From Defluviitaleaceae bacterium (lineage in GTDB: Bacteria; Bacillota; Clostridia; Lachnospirales; WQUN01): a stretch of 64,000 bases of DNA. Positions 18,878-27,588 of the stretch are shown here, in pieces. Position numbers and translations under genes: made by a program. The notes beneath the pieces were generated by a model. It worked only from the letters and a program-made list of their open reading frames with translations, had not been told where the DNA came from and did no database searches. The DNA lies in contig WQZS01000014.1 of the NCBI GenBank assembly GCA_009780585.1, forward strand, positions 227 through 64,226, in the 5' to 3' direction. Numbering within the stretch: position 1 is the stretch's first letter; each line of letters starts with the position of its first letter.

Positions 18878-20314
18878 ATGTTTTCTTCTCATATCTCCCC
18901 TTCCCATATCTCCCCCCAATCCCTCATCGAAGCCTACGGTTCACCCCTATACGTCTACGACGAACGCACCTTCCGTGAAAAATGCCGCGCGATGAAGGCT
19001 TTCTGCCCCTACCCACATTACACGGTCAATTACGCTATCAAAGCCAATTCCAACCTCACCCTGCTTAAAATCGCCCGCGAAGAGGGCCTGCGCACCGACG
19101 TAAGCAGCGTAGGCGAGGCGATAGCCGCGCTCGCCGCGGGCTTCGACCCCAAGGACATCTTTTTCATCGTAAACAACGCCGCCCCGGAAGAACTACGCTT
19201 CGCCATCGAAAAAGGCCTACCCGTAAGCGTAGACTCCCTTTCACAACTGGAAACATACGGACGGCTATACTTGGAAACCAGGGAGGAAGAAGGGTTGCAA
19301 CGACCGACTTCGCCTTCAAGGGAGTGCAACCCTTCTTCCTCCCGGGGCATCAGGGGCATTGGGGGTATTGGAGGCATCGGTGATATTAGCAACATCTGCG
19401 TCCGCTTCAACACAGGCATAGGCGCGGGCCACCACCGTAAAGTAGTAACCGGCGGCGACGACACAAAATTCGGCGTATTACCCGCGGATATCCCAAAGGT
19501 TAAAAAATTATTAATGAAATACAACCTGCGCCTTTCGGGCATTAACCACCATATCGGCTCCCAATACGCGCAGGAACTATACCTCGTCGGCGCAAAGGCA
19601 TTGATCGACATCGCCCGCAATTTCGACGGCTTGGACTTCCTCGACTTCGGCGGCGGCTTTTATATCCCCTACCACAAAATGGACGGAGAAAAGCCCTTCG
19701 ACCTAAAACCCGTAGGCGAAGAACTGGCGCGTATGATGCGTGAATTTTCCATTGAATACGGCAAGCCCCTCACCTGCATGGTCGAACCGGGACGGTACAT
19801 CGCCGCCGAATGTGGGGTACTGCTGGGTACGGTCACGTCCGTTAAACGAATCGGCGCGGCACGCTATGTAGGTTGCGATATCGGGTTTTCTGCGTTCGCG
19901 CGGCCTACGCTGTACGACGCGCACCACGATATCATGGTGTACCCTGCAGCGGCGGGTAAGGAAACGGTTACAACGACCGACATCGCCCTCAAGGGAGTGC
20001 AACCGCTTCCTTCCCCGCCGCGTCATAGCGGTACATCCAACTTGTACCCTAGTAGGGCACAAGTTACCCACCTCGTCGGCAACCAATGCGAAACAGGCGA
20101 TTACGTCGCCAAAAACCGCCCGCTTCCGCCGCTTACCGAAGGTGATATCATCGCCGTGCAGGACGCGGGGGCGTACGGTTATTCCATGGCGTCGCAATAC
20201 AACATGCGGCCGCGCCCTGCGGAGGTTTTGATTTGCGAGGACGGCACGGTTAAATTAATCCGCCGCCGTGACACCCACGAAGGAATGTTGGCGAACATGC
20301 AGGGCTTATGCTAA
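18878..20314 (+). CDS. lysA: diaminopimelate decarboxylase, carrying two in-frame repeat-derived insertions
   Basis: YAIKAN (PLP Lys), DFGGGF, EPGR and CETGD motifs are intact. Start moved to ATG 18878 behind an AAGGAG RBS. The extra segments are encoded by SH-2 plus a 9-nt tandem repeat, and by SH-3 plus palindrome P-2. Confidence 0.88.
   Translation: MFSSHISPSHISPQSLIEAYGSPLYVYDERTFREKCRAMKAFCPYPHYTVNYAIKANSNLTLLKIAREEGLRTDVSSVGEAIAALAAGFDPKDIFFIVNNAAPEELRFAIEKGLPVSVDSLSQLETYGRLYLETREEEGLQRPTSPSRECNPSSSRGIRGIGGIGGIGDISNICVRFNTGIGAGHHRKVVTGGDDTKFGVLPADIPKVKKLLMKYNLRLSGINHHIGSQYAQELYLVGAKALIDIARNFDGLDFLDFGGGFYIPYHKMDGEKPFDLKPVGEELARMMREFSIEYGKPLTCMVEPGRYIAAECGVLLGTVTSVKRIGAARYVGCDIGFSAFARPTLYDAHHDIMVYPAAAGKETVTTTDIALKGVQPLPSPPRHSGTSNLYPSRAQVTHLVGNQCETGDYVAKNRPLPPLTEGDIIAVQDAGAYGYSMASQYNMRPRPAEVLICEDGTVKLIRRRDTHEGMLANMQGLC
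19281..19343. repeat. short hairpin element SH-2 (19-bp perfect stem), in frame inside lysA
   Basis: GGGAGGAAGAAGGGTTGCA and TGCAACCCTTCTTCCTCCC flank the 25-nt loop ACGACCGACTTCGCCTTCAAGGGAG. 63 nt long. Confidence 0.9.
19346..19387 (+). repeat. 9-nt tandem repeat (GGCATYRGG-like, about 4.6 units) inside lysA
   Basis: ggcatcagg ggcattggg ggtattgga ggcatcggt gatatt, translated as GIRGIGGIGGIGDI, immediately 3' of SH-2. Confidence 0.8.
19961..20029. repeat. short hairpin element SH-3 (22-bp stem, 3 mismatches), in frame inside lysA
   Basis: Arms GGCGGGTAAGGAAACGGTTACA and TGCAACCGCTTCCTTCCCCGCC. Loop ACGACCGACATCGCCCTCAAGGGAG has 2 substitutions relative to SH-2. 69 nt long. Confidence 0.85.
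20049..20075. repeat. 27-nt palindrome AACTTGTACCCTA-G-TAGGGCACAAGTT inside lysA (copy P-2)
   Basis: Same sequence family as 746-770, with one arm mismatch; 19 nt downstream of SH-3. Confidence 0.8.
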
Positions 20315-20363
20315 TATCAGCGAAAATTCAAAACCATCAAACAATGGGAAGGGCGCGGATAAA

Positions 20364-21284
20364 ATGAACGATCCCGTGCAAATCATCAAAACCCTCGAAG
20401 CCGCGGGCTTTCGCGCCGCGTTTTTACCCTACGGCGCAATCGAGCGGATTACAACGGTATACGAAGGCATGGCGGAAACCGCGCCTTCCTACGCGCAAAA
20501 CGCCGCCAAGCATTTCCAAAAATTCCAACCGCCCGACATCTCTTTCACACCGCTGTCCTTTTTGGTCGTCGCTTGCCCCAGCCCGCCCGCCCGTTTAACG
20601 GTGCGCGTCGAAGGCAAGGATATAAGCATCCCCATACCCGCCATTTACATTGACAAGCCGTATATTGACAGTCACATGGAGGAATCGGTTGTTTCGGCAA
20701 CGCAGGGGTACCAAACGGCGCACACAAAGGGCATTTCGCAGAAGTTGCTGACGGTGATGAGCGGACTGGGTACATACGGGCGCAACAATTTGTGCTATAT
20801 AAAAGGTATCGGCAGCCATTGCCGCCTTGCGACCTTCTATACCGATGTTCCCTTCGACGGTGTTGTTCACGAACCGCTGACCTTCATGGCTTCCTGCTCT
20901 ACCTGCACCGTATGCCGCAAACGCTGCCCCACCCGCGCCATCACCGACGCGCCCGTTATCGACGCGGAACTATGCATTAACCAATACACCTATCGCTTGG
21001 ACCCCCTGCCCGCGCACATCCCCAAAACCGCTTTCAACGCGCTGATCGGCTGCTGTTTGTGCCAGGATAAATGCCCCGCCAACCCCCGACCCAAGGAGGA
21101 CGAATGGCAAACCCTCCCCCTCGACGAAGCGGAAACACGGGCGTTCCTCGCGTACGAAGACCCCATGCCGCCGGAGCTGGAAGCGAAGCTGCGTGATTTC
21201 TTCAAGAACGACCACTTTTTATCCGTAGCGGGCAGGAACGCCGCTTGGGTGCTGGAAGCCCAGCAAATTCAATTTATAAAATAA
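20364..21284 (+). CDS. 4Fe-4S protein of the epoxyqueuosine reductase (QueG)/reductive dehalogenase-like family
   Basis: SGLGTYGRNNL motif plus two ferredoxin-type clusters (CSTCTVCRKRCP; CCLCQDKCP). Start moved to ATG 20364, downstream of the lysA stop. Confidence 0.55.
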   Translation: MNDPVQIIKTLEAAGFRAAFLPYGAIERITTVYEGMAETAPSYAQNAAKHFQKFQPPDISFTPLSFLVVACPSPPARLTVRVEGKDISIPIPAIYIDKPYIDSHMEESVVSATQGYQTAHTKGISQKLLTVMSGLGTYGRNNLCYIKGIGSHCRLATFYTDVPFDGVVHEPLTFMASCSTCTVCRKRCPTRAITDAPVIDAELCINQYTYRLDPLPAHIPKTAFNALIGCCLCQDKCPANPRPKEDEWQTLPLDEAETRAFLAYEDPMPPELEAKLRDFFKNDHFLSVAGRNAAWVLEAQQIQFIK

Positions 21285-21306
21285 CCGTTTAATAAGGAGC
21301 GTCTCC

Positions 21307-23055
21307 ATGCAAAACGAAAAAAACCAAGATTTATTACCCCTGCGCCACACCACGGCGCACGTACTCGCCCAAGCGGTAAAGCGTTTATACCCGACCGTTA
21401 CGCTGGCCATCGGCCCGGCGATCGCGGACGGGTTTTATTATGACTTCGATACGGAAACGCCCTTCACCCCCGCCGACATTGAAAAAATCGAAAAGGAAAT
21501 GAAAAAAATCATCAAGGAAAGCCTGCCGCTGGAAGCCTTTACGTTAAGCGGCGACGAAGCGCTTGCGTATGTGGACGGGCAAAAAGAACCGTACAAGCGG
21601 GAGCTTATCGAGGATTTGTTAAACCCGAAGGACCCCGCAAAAACCCCCGCGACGGAATTTTCCTTTTACAAGCAAGGCGAATTCGTGGACCTGTGCGCGG
21701 GGCCCCATTTGGATAAAACGGGGCGCATCAAAGCGTTTAAGCTCACAAGCGTAGCGGGCGCGTATTGGCGCGGGGACGAAAAACGCCAAATGCTTTCACG
21801 TATTTACGGCACGGCGTTCCCCACCCGCGAGGAACTGGACGCGCACCTCGAACGCATCGAAGAAGCGAAAAAGCGCGACCACCGCAAACTGGGGCGCGAA
21901 ATGAAGTTGTTCGCTTTCATGGAGGACGCGCCGGGGATGCCGTTTTATCTGCCCAAGGGTTTAATTCTTAAGAACCGTCTAATCGAATATTGGCGCAAGA
22001 TTCACAAAAAATATAACTATTTGGAAATCCAAACCCCGCAAATCATGATGTCCAAACTGTGGGACCGCAGCGGCCACACGGGCTATTACATGGACGGCAT
22101 GTATTCGTCGCTAATCGACGAAACGACCTATTTTATCAAACCCATGAACTGCCCCGGCGGAATGTTGGCTTACGGCATCGACCTGCACAGCTATAAAGAA
22201 TTCCCCTTGCGCGTGGCGGAATTGGGGCTTGTCCACCGCAATGAGCTTTCGGGGGCGCTCCACGGTTTAATGCGCCTGCGCCAATTCACCCAGGACGACG
22301 CGCATATTTATATGATGGAATCGCAACTAAAGGATGAAATAAAATCTGTCATCCGACTGTACGAAGATATTTACGCCGCTTTTGGCTTAAATGAATTTTA
22401 CTTCGAGCTTTCCACCCGCCCGGAAAATTCCATCGGCTCCGACGAAGGCTGGGAAAAAGCGACGACGGCACTTAGGGAAGCTCTTGAAGAAATGGGGCGC
22501 CCCTACGAAATCAACGAAGGCGACGGTGCCTTCTACGGCCCCAAAATCGACTTCCAAATCCACGACAGTTTAGGGCGCAGTTGGCAATGCGGCACCATTC
22601 AATGCGACATGCAGTTGCCCGAACGCTTCGACCTCACCTACATCGGTGCCGACGGCGCGAAGCATCGCCCCGTAATGATCCACCGCACTTGCTTCGGTTC
22701 GCTGGACCGCTTCCTGGGCGTACTCACCGAGCATTGCGCGGGGTGGTTCCCCTTCTGGCTGACCCCTGTGCAGGCCATCGTCATCCCCATCGCCGAACGC
22801 CACCATTGTGCGGGTAAGGACGTACTGGCCCGTCTTGAAAGTGCCGGAATCCGCGCCGAATTAGACGACCGAAACGAAAAGATGGGCTTTAAAATACGCG
22901 AGGCTCAATTGCAAAAAATCCCCCGCATGTTGATAATCGGCGACAAGGAAGCGGAGGAAGGTACGGTTTCACTTAGGAGCCGCGAAAACGGGGATGAAGG
23001 TGCGCTGGTGTTGAAAGAATTAATTGAAAAGTGGAAGAACGAAGCGGATTTTTAA
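21307..23055 (+). CDS. thrS: threonine--tRNA ligase (short form without N-terminal TGS domain)
   Basis: HTTAHVLAQAV editing-domain start and class II core motifs (FRDRGRL-type region, HRTCFGS). 582 aa. Confidence 0.9.
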   Translation: MQNEKNQDLLPLRHTTAHVLAQAVKRLYPTVTLAIGPAIADGFYYDFDTETPFTPADIEKIEKEMKKIIKESLPLEAFTLSGDEALAYVDGQKEPYKRELIEDLLNPKDPAKTPATEFSFYKQGEFVDLCAGPHLDKTGRIKAFKLTSVAGAYWRGDEKRQMLSRIYGTAFPTREELDAHLERIEEAKKRDHRKLGREMKLFAFMEDAPGMPFYLPKGLILKNRLIEYWRKIHKKYNYLEIQTPQIMMSKLWDRSGHTGYYMDGMYSSLIDETTYFIKPMNCPGGMLAYGIDLHSYKEFPLRVAELGLVHRNELSGALHGLMRLRQFTQDDAHIYMMESQLKDEIKSVIRLYEDIYAAFGLNEFYFELSTRPENSIGSDEGWEKATTALREALEEMGRPYEINEGDGAFYGPKIDFQIHDSLGRSWQCGTIQCDMQLPERFDLTYIGADGAKHRPVMIHRTCFGSLDRFLGVLTEHCAGWFPFWLTPVQAIVIPIAERHHCAGKDVLARLESAGIRAELDDRNEKMGFKIREAQLQKIPRMLIIGDKEAEEGTVSLRSRENGDEGALVLKELIEKWKNEADF

Positions 23056-23142
23056 AAGGATAGGCTTGCCATCGGAAACATCGCCGTTGAGGCGCAACGC
23101 GCGGGTACGACTCAACAGCCGCGACCACGTTGAGGTGATGCA

Positions 23143-24363
23143 ATGAAAGGTACGCTTAAAACGATTGCTTTCTTGGTCTTTATTGATCAAGGTATAAAAA
23201 TCCTTATAGCGCTTACCGTCGGGGATAATATTATCGCCATAATTCCTGACAAATTATTTATCGAAATATATTTAAATGCCCATACGCAATACATTCCTAT
23301 TGATAATTATACAAACCTTAACAGAGTAATATATATTGTTCATATGACAATAATCGCTATTCCCTTCATAATTCTTTACCGGTTTACGCGGTATTTTTAT
23401 AATAAACACGAAGTTTGGGACGGTTATATTGTATTCATATTTTCTGCGTTGATATGCAGGATAATTGACACGATTGCCCGTGGAGGGGTTCTTGATTTTA
23501 TATCCCTTCAATTTAGACAATCTTACCGGACAACAGCATATATTTTTGATTTTGCTGATATATATTTAGCCATATTCGCAATAATGTTCGTCATTCGCAT
23601 AATTTTTATGATTACCGAAACCTATGAGAAAGAAAAGATAAATAAACAATCAAGCCATGGAATCGAAAAATGTACGCAGCAAAGAATACCAAATTTTGCA
23701 AATATAAAGAAATGGATTCGAACCGGATTGCCATATAAGAAGAATGATACCGTACAAAACAACCGTTTATTTATAGGCAGTGCCGTTTCAACAATATTCA
23801 TATGCATTGTAATAACGTATTTTATCGTTGTAGATATTTCTAAGGAAAATAATGACAATTACATAAGAATCAACGGCATGAATGTCAGCACATCAATAAC
23901 CGAACTCATTCTAAGTTACGATATGAATATCCATTCAAGCGTAGTGATATGGGAACCCTTAACAAACGCAGATATTGAACCTTTGAAATATATACCGGGG
24001 CTCCGGACGTTGTATCTAATGGGGCATACTATCAATAATATTGATGTTTTAGCTCATTTGACAGAATTGGAAGAATTATGGCTTACCGGAAACGACATTG
24101 CGGAAATTGATGTGTTAGTAAATTTACCTAAATTAAAAATACTGTATCTTGGGGGCAACCAAATAACTGACATAAGTCCACTAAAGAGATTAAAGGATTT
24201 AGAGGTTTTGGTTTTAATAAACAATAATATAACAGACGTCAGCAGTATAATGGGTTTAATCAATTTGCAAGATTTATGGTTAAACGGAAATCCGCTTTCT
24301 TATTATCAAATCAACGAGCTTAAAGCGGCATTGCCAAATGTAAATATACGATTTGATTCCTAA
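23143..24363 (+). CDS. membrane protein: divergent signal peptidase II (LspA)-like N-terminal domain fused to a C-terminal leucine-rich-repeat domain
   Basis: The N-terminus follows the LspA motif order (FIDQGIKILI; ICRIIDTIARGGVLDFISL; IFDFADIYL). The C-terminus has about six 22-aa LRRs (LxxLxLxGNxIxDIxxL). The gene is strongly AT-rich relative to its neighbours. Confidence 0.55.
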   Translation: MKGTLKTIAFLVFIDQGIKILIALTVGDNIIAIIPDKLFIEIYLNAHTQYIPIDNYTNLNRVIYIVHMTIIAIPFIILYRFTRYFYNKHEVWDGYIVFIFSALICRIIDTIARGGVLDFISLQFRQSYRTTAYIFDFADIYLAIFAIMFVIRIIFMITETYEKEKINKQSSHGIEKCTQQRIPNFANIKKWIRTGLPYKKNDTVQNNRLFIGSAVSTIFICIVITYFIVVDISKENNDNYIRINGMNVSTSITELILSYDMNIHSSVVIWEPLTNADIEPLKYIPGLRTLYLMGHTINNIDVLAHLTELEELWLTGNDIAEIDVLVNLPKLKILYLGGNQITDISPLKRLKDLEVLVLINNNITDVSSIMGLINLQDLWLNGNPLSYYQINELKAALPNVNIRFDS

Positions 24364-24460
24364 CCATGACATATATAGAATTGAAGTAAAATAAAATTTC
24401 GGGGTTGAGTACGCTGGATAAATATTTTCTTAAGCTCTTTAATAGAAAGCCATTAGTTTA

Positions 24461-25837
24461 ATGATGAAGCCTATGCAACTCCCCGAAACATTCCTTTCCC
24501 GTACGCGCGAGCAAATGCGTGCCGCGCACATAGCGGGGGAGGATTTTTCGGCGTTTCTTACCGCGTATGATGAGGAACCTTGGCGGGGGGTGCGAGTAAA
24601 TCAGTTAAAGATAACCGACGAAAACGCGTATCTTTTCGTAATCGGGGATGATCATCCATACACCCCCATCCCATGGTGCAAGGAAGGCTTCGCCTACCGC
24701 GAACCCCTCCCCCTCGGCCAATCCCTTGCGTATCTCCAAGGGCTTTTTTACATACAGGAGCCGTCGGCGATGTCCCCCGCGTCACTACTGGACGCCAAGC
24801 CCGGCGAGCGTATACTCGACCTGTGCGCCGCACCCGGGGGTAAAACCACGCAAATCGCGGGAACGATGCAAGGGGAAGGCTTGTTCGTCGCCAACGACGC
24901 ATCCCCCACCCGCGCGCAAGCCCTAGTGCGCAACATAGAACGCGCGGGTGTACGCAACGCAATCGTTTTGATGGAGCAGCCCCGTAAACTGGCTGAACGT
25001 TTTCCCGCGTTCTTCGACCGCGTTCTCGTAGACGCGCCCTGCTCCGGCGAAGGGATGTTCCGCCGTGACCCGGACGTGTTGAAGGCTTACACCGCAAACA
25101 AACCGGAAGCCTGCGCCGCCATCCAATCCGACATCCTGCGCTATGCCGCCGCAATGGTAAAACCCGGAGGACGGCTGGTCTATTCGACGTGTACCTTCAA
25201 CACAATTGAAAACGAGGAAGTCATTGATAAATTTTTATCCTCGCATAATAATTTTTCGTTAATCAAAACAAAACGCCTTTGGCCGCATAAAGACATCGGC
25301 GAAGGGCACTTCATGGCGGTTTTGCAAAAAACACGGGATACGGCGGATGGAGGGTATATCCGAAGACGCAACCTGTGTGAAGCAAATGGGGACGCTGGAA
25401 AACATTACCCCCTACCCGTGGCAAACCTTGAAATTTTTTCCGATTTTTGCCGCGCTTACTTAACCAAGGAAGCCTTATCCGGTCACCCCGTTATGCACAA
25501 CCATAACCTCTACCTCCAACCCGAACCGCTTACGTTAAACGGTTTGCGCGTTGCCCGCAGCGGTTGGCATGTCGGCGAAATTTCGAAGGAACGTTTCATT
25601 CCTTCACAGGCGTTGGCGATGGGATTACACATAACGGACGCCCGCTACGCCGTCGATTTGACCGAAGCGAACGCATGGCGGTATGTAAGAGGGGAATCCC
25701 TTGATTATAACAAAAACGACCTCCCCGATAAAAAACCGTGGGTATTCGTTTGCCATGACACGCACCCCCTCGGCTGGGCCCGCTTCGTACAGGGACGGTT
25801 AAAAAACCACCTGCCCGTCGGTTGGGTGCGCCCGTAG
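24461..25837 (+). CDS. NOL1/NOP2/Sun-family rRNA cytosine-C5 methyltransferase (RsmF/RsmB-like)
   Basis: SAM motif ILDLCAAPGGKTTQIA and catalytic-Cys regions DAPCSGEG and YSTCT. Confidence 0.8.
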   Translation: MMKPMQLPETFLSRTREQMRAAHIAGEDFSAFLTAYDEEPWRGVRVNQLKITDENAYLFVIGDDHPYTPIPWCKEGFAYREPLPLGQSLAYLQGLFYIQEPSAMSPASLLDAKPGERILDLCAAPGGKTTQIAGTMQGEGLFVANDASPTRAQALVRNIERAGVRNAIVLMEQPRKLAERFPAFFDRVLVDAPCSGEGMFRRDPDVLKAYTANKPEACAAIQSDILRYAAAMVKPGGRLVYSTCTFNTIENEEVIDKFLSSHNNFSLIKTKRLWPHKDIGEGHFMAVLQKTRDTADGGYIRRRNLCEANGDAGKHYPLPVANLEIFSDFCRAYLTKEALSGHPVMHNHNLYLQPEPLTLNGLRVARSGWHVGEISKERFIPSQALAMGLHITDARYAVDLTEANAWRYVRGESLDYNKNDLPDKKPWVFVCHDTHPLGWARFVQGRLKNHLPVGWVRP

Positions 25838-25863
25838 GCTTGTATATTTGGCATATTCCCCTT

Positions 25864-25907
25864 CCCCTTTACCATATATTTGATATAAACAGGTAAAGGG
25901 GATTTTT
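25864..25907 (+). terminator. intrinsic terminator-like hairpin abutting the next start codon
   Basis: CCCCTTTACC and GGTAAAGGGG (10 bp) followed by ATTTTT. The 3' arm doubles as the only purine-rich RBS-like sequence for ATG 25908. Confidence 0.5.
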
Positions 25908-26285
25908 ATGAGCGGTATAAACCATTCAATCAAACATTTAATCATTGGTGTGCTGATCGGCTTCGCCATCACGGCCATCGTATTCCTGGGGTACGCGATG
26001 CTGATTACGTACACGCAAATGAGCGAACGCAGCCTGCCCATGGTGGTGGCGATCACGACGCTTTTGTCCGTGCTGGTTGCGGGATTTGACGCGGCGCGGG
26101 GTGCGCATGTTAAGGGTTGGCTGTGGGGTATGGGAGCCGGATTCCTGTACATAGCGGTGTTGGCGATCATCATGATGGTGATGCTTCCCGACTTCGGCGT
26201 GGACGGGCGCACCGTTTTGGTTACGGTATTGGCTATCGTAGGCGGCGGACTTGGTGGTATACTGGGGATAAATGTAAGCAAATGA
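25908..26285 (+). CDS. small integral membrane protein (TIGR04086-like)
   Basis: 125 aa with four predicted TM helices; family assignment from memory only. Confidence 0.45.
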   Translation: MSGINHSIKHLIIGVLIGFAITAIVFLGYAMLITYTQMSERSLPMVVAITTLLSVLVAGFDAARGAHVKGWLWGMGAGFLYIAVLAIIMMVMLPDFGVDGRTVLVTVLAIVGGGLGGILGINVSK

Positions 26286-26298
26286 CCACGAAGGAGCC

Positions 26299-27123
26299 TT
26301 GTTCATGAGCGTGTGGCAAGCGATTATATTGGGTATTGTGCAGGGGATAACGGAATTCCTGCCCGTAAGCTCTTCGGGGCATTTGGTAGTGTTGCAGCGG
26401 GTTTTCGGCATGGAGGAACCCGCGCTCACCTTCGATATCGTCGTGCATTTGGGGTCGCTCGTTTCGATCTTCGCCTTCTTTTGGAAGGATATATGGGCGT
26501 TAATCAAAAAGCCCTTTACCAAGATGACGGGTTTATTGATCGTCGCGACTATCCCCGTGGTGCTCGTCGGCTTCTTCGCGCGCGACATAGTCGAAAACCA
26601 TCTGCGCAGTCCATGGATATTGGCGGTCGCGTTCACCGTTACGGGCATCCTCCTGATCGCCGCGGATTATTTTTCAAGCGGAAGCAGGAAAGGCGGGAGC
26701 ACCGTACGCAAGCGTGTAGACCGTGACATCACTTTTACCGACGCGGCGATCATCGGTTGTATGCAGGCCTTGGCCCTGCCGCCGGGTATTTCCCGTTCGG
26801 GCGCGACGCTCGCGGGCGCGCTGGGCCGCGGGCTCAACCGCGAAACGGCTACACGCTTTATCTTCTTCATGGCCATCATCGCGATCGCGGGGGCCGGCGC
26901 GTTGGAAGCGAGCGAATGGATGCGCGGCAACGTTACGGTCGATTCCATCGGGGTTTTGCCGCTGGTGATCGGATTCTTGGCGTCCGCCGCGGTGGGTTAT
27001 CTGGCCATCAGCCTTCTGCTCAAATTATTGAAGGCCGCGAAATTGCGGTACTTTTCGTTCTATGTATGGGCGTTGGCGGCGTTTATTTTGCTCGACATGC
27101 TATTCCTTAACCGATTCTTTTAA
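26299..27123 (+). CDS. uppP: undecaprenyl-diphosphate phosphatase
   Basis: IVQGITEFLPVSSSGH and PGISRSGATL motifs. Confidence 0.9.
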   Translation: MFMSVWQAIILGIVQGITEFLPVSSSGHLVVLQRVFGMEEPALTFDIVVHLGSLVSIFAFFWKDIWALIKKPFTKMTGLLIVATIPVVLVGFFARDIVENHLRSPWILAVAFTVTGILLIAADYFSSGSRKGGSTVRKRVDRDITFTDAAIIGCMQALALPPGISRSGATLAGALGRGLNRETATRFIFFMAIIAIAGAGALEASEWMRGNVTVDSIGVLPLVIGFLASAAVGYLAISLLLKLLKAAKLRYFSFYVWALAAFILLDMLFLNRFF

Positions 27124-27138
27124 GAAGGGCGAGTCCAT

Positions 27139-27402
27139 ATGGCGCGGATGTACGATTTACGCCAGAAGGAAATCATCAATACAAAGGACGGCGTACGCTT
27201 CGGCTTCGTCAGCGATTTGGTCATCGACGTGGAGGAAGGAAAAATCAATGCGCTCATCGTCCCCGGCCCGGGGCGCGTGCTGGGCGTCTTCGGCCGCGAC
27301 CAGGAATACCGCATCCCCTGGAAGGATATCACGAAGATCGGCGAGGATATCATCCTGGTGGATTGCGACAGCGATAAAACCCTGAAGGAAAGCGAAACAT
27401 AA
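27139..27402 (+). CDS. YlmC/YmxH-family sporulation protein (PRC-barrel)
   Basis: 87 aa; KEIINTKDGVRFGFVSDLVID...IPWKDITKIGEDIILV. Confidence 0.75.
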   Translation: MARMYDLRQKEIINTKDGVRFGFVSDLVIDVEEGKINALIVPGPGRVLGVFGRDQEYRIPWKDITKIGEDIILVDCDSDKTLKESET

Positions 27403-27410
27403 CCGCCCGA

Positions 27411-27457
27411 AAATAAAAAAATCCCCCGAACAGGCTTTCCGATCGGGGGTTTATTTT
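27411..27457. terminator. bidirectional intrinsic terminator
   Basis: CCCCCGA and TCGGGGG stem flanked by an A-tract (5') and a T-tract (3'), between ylmC-like (+) and tRNA-Tyr (-). Confidence 0.7.
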
Positions 27458-27539
27458 TGGGAGGAGAAGGATTTGAACCTTCGAAGTCTGAGACAGCGGA
27501 TTTACAGTCCGACCCCTTTGGCCACTTGGGTATCCTCCC
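27458..27539 (-). tRNA. tRNA-Tyr (anticodon GTA), long variable arm, no encoded CCA
   Basis: Reverse complement reads GGGAGGA TA CCCAAGTGGCCAAAGGGG .. CTGTAAA .. GAAGGTTCAAATCCTTC TCCTCCC A. The cloverleaf was folded by eye. Confidence 0.9.
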
Positions 27540-27588
27540 GAAACGGAGGAAATCCTACCACATTTATTATGGTAATGCAAGCATCCGT

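Noticed and set aside
18387-20075. Idea that the hairpins are retron msd-like, DGR template or CRISPR-like repeats.
   Set aside because: There is no reverse transcriptase or cas gene anywhere in the 64 kb. The repeats are not regularly spaced and lie inside intact housekeeping ORFs.
21285-21480. thrS lacks a T-box leader and the N-terminal TGS domain.
   Set aside because: The intergenic gap is only 22 nt, so a leader is impossible, but short TGS-less ThrS forms exist. Without genome context (a second thrS?) this is not clearly unusual.
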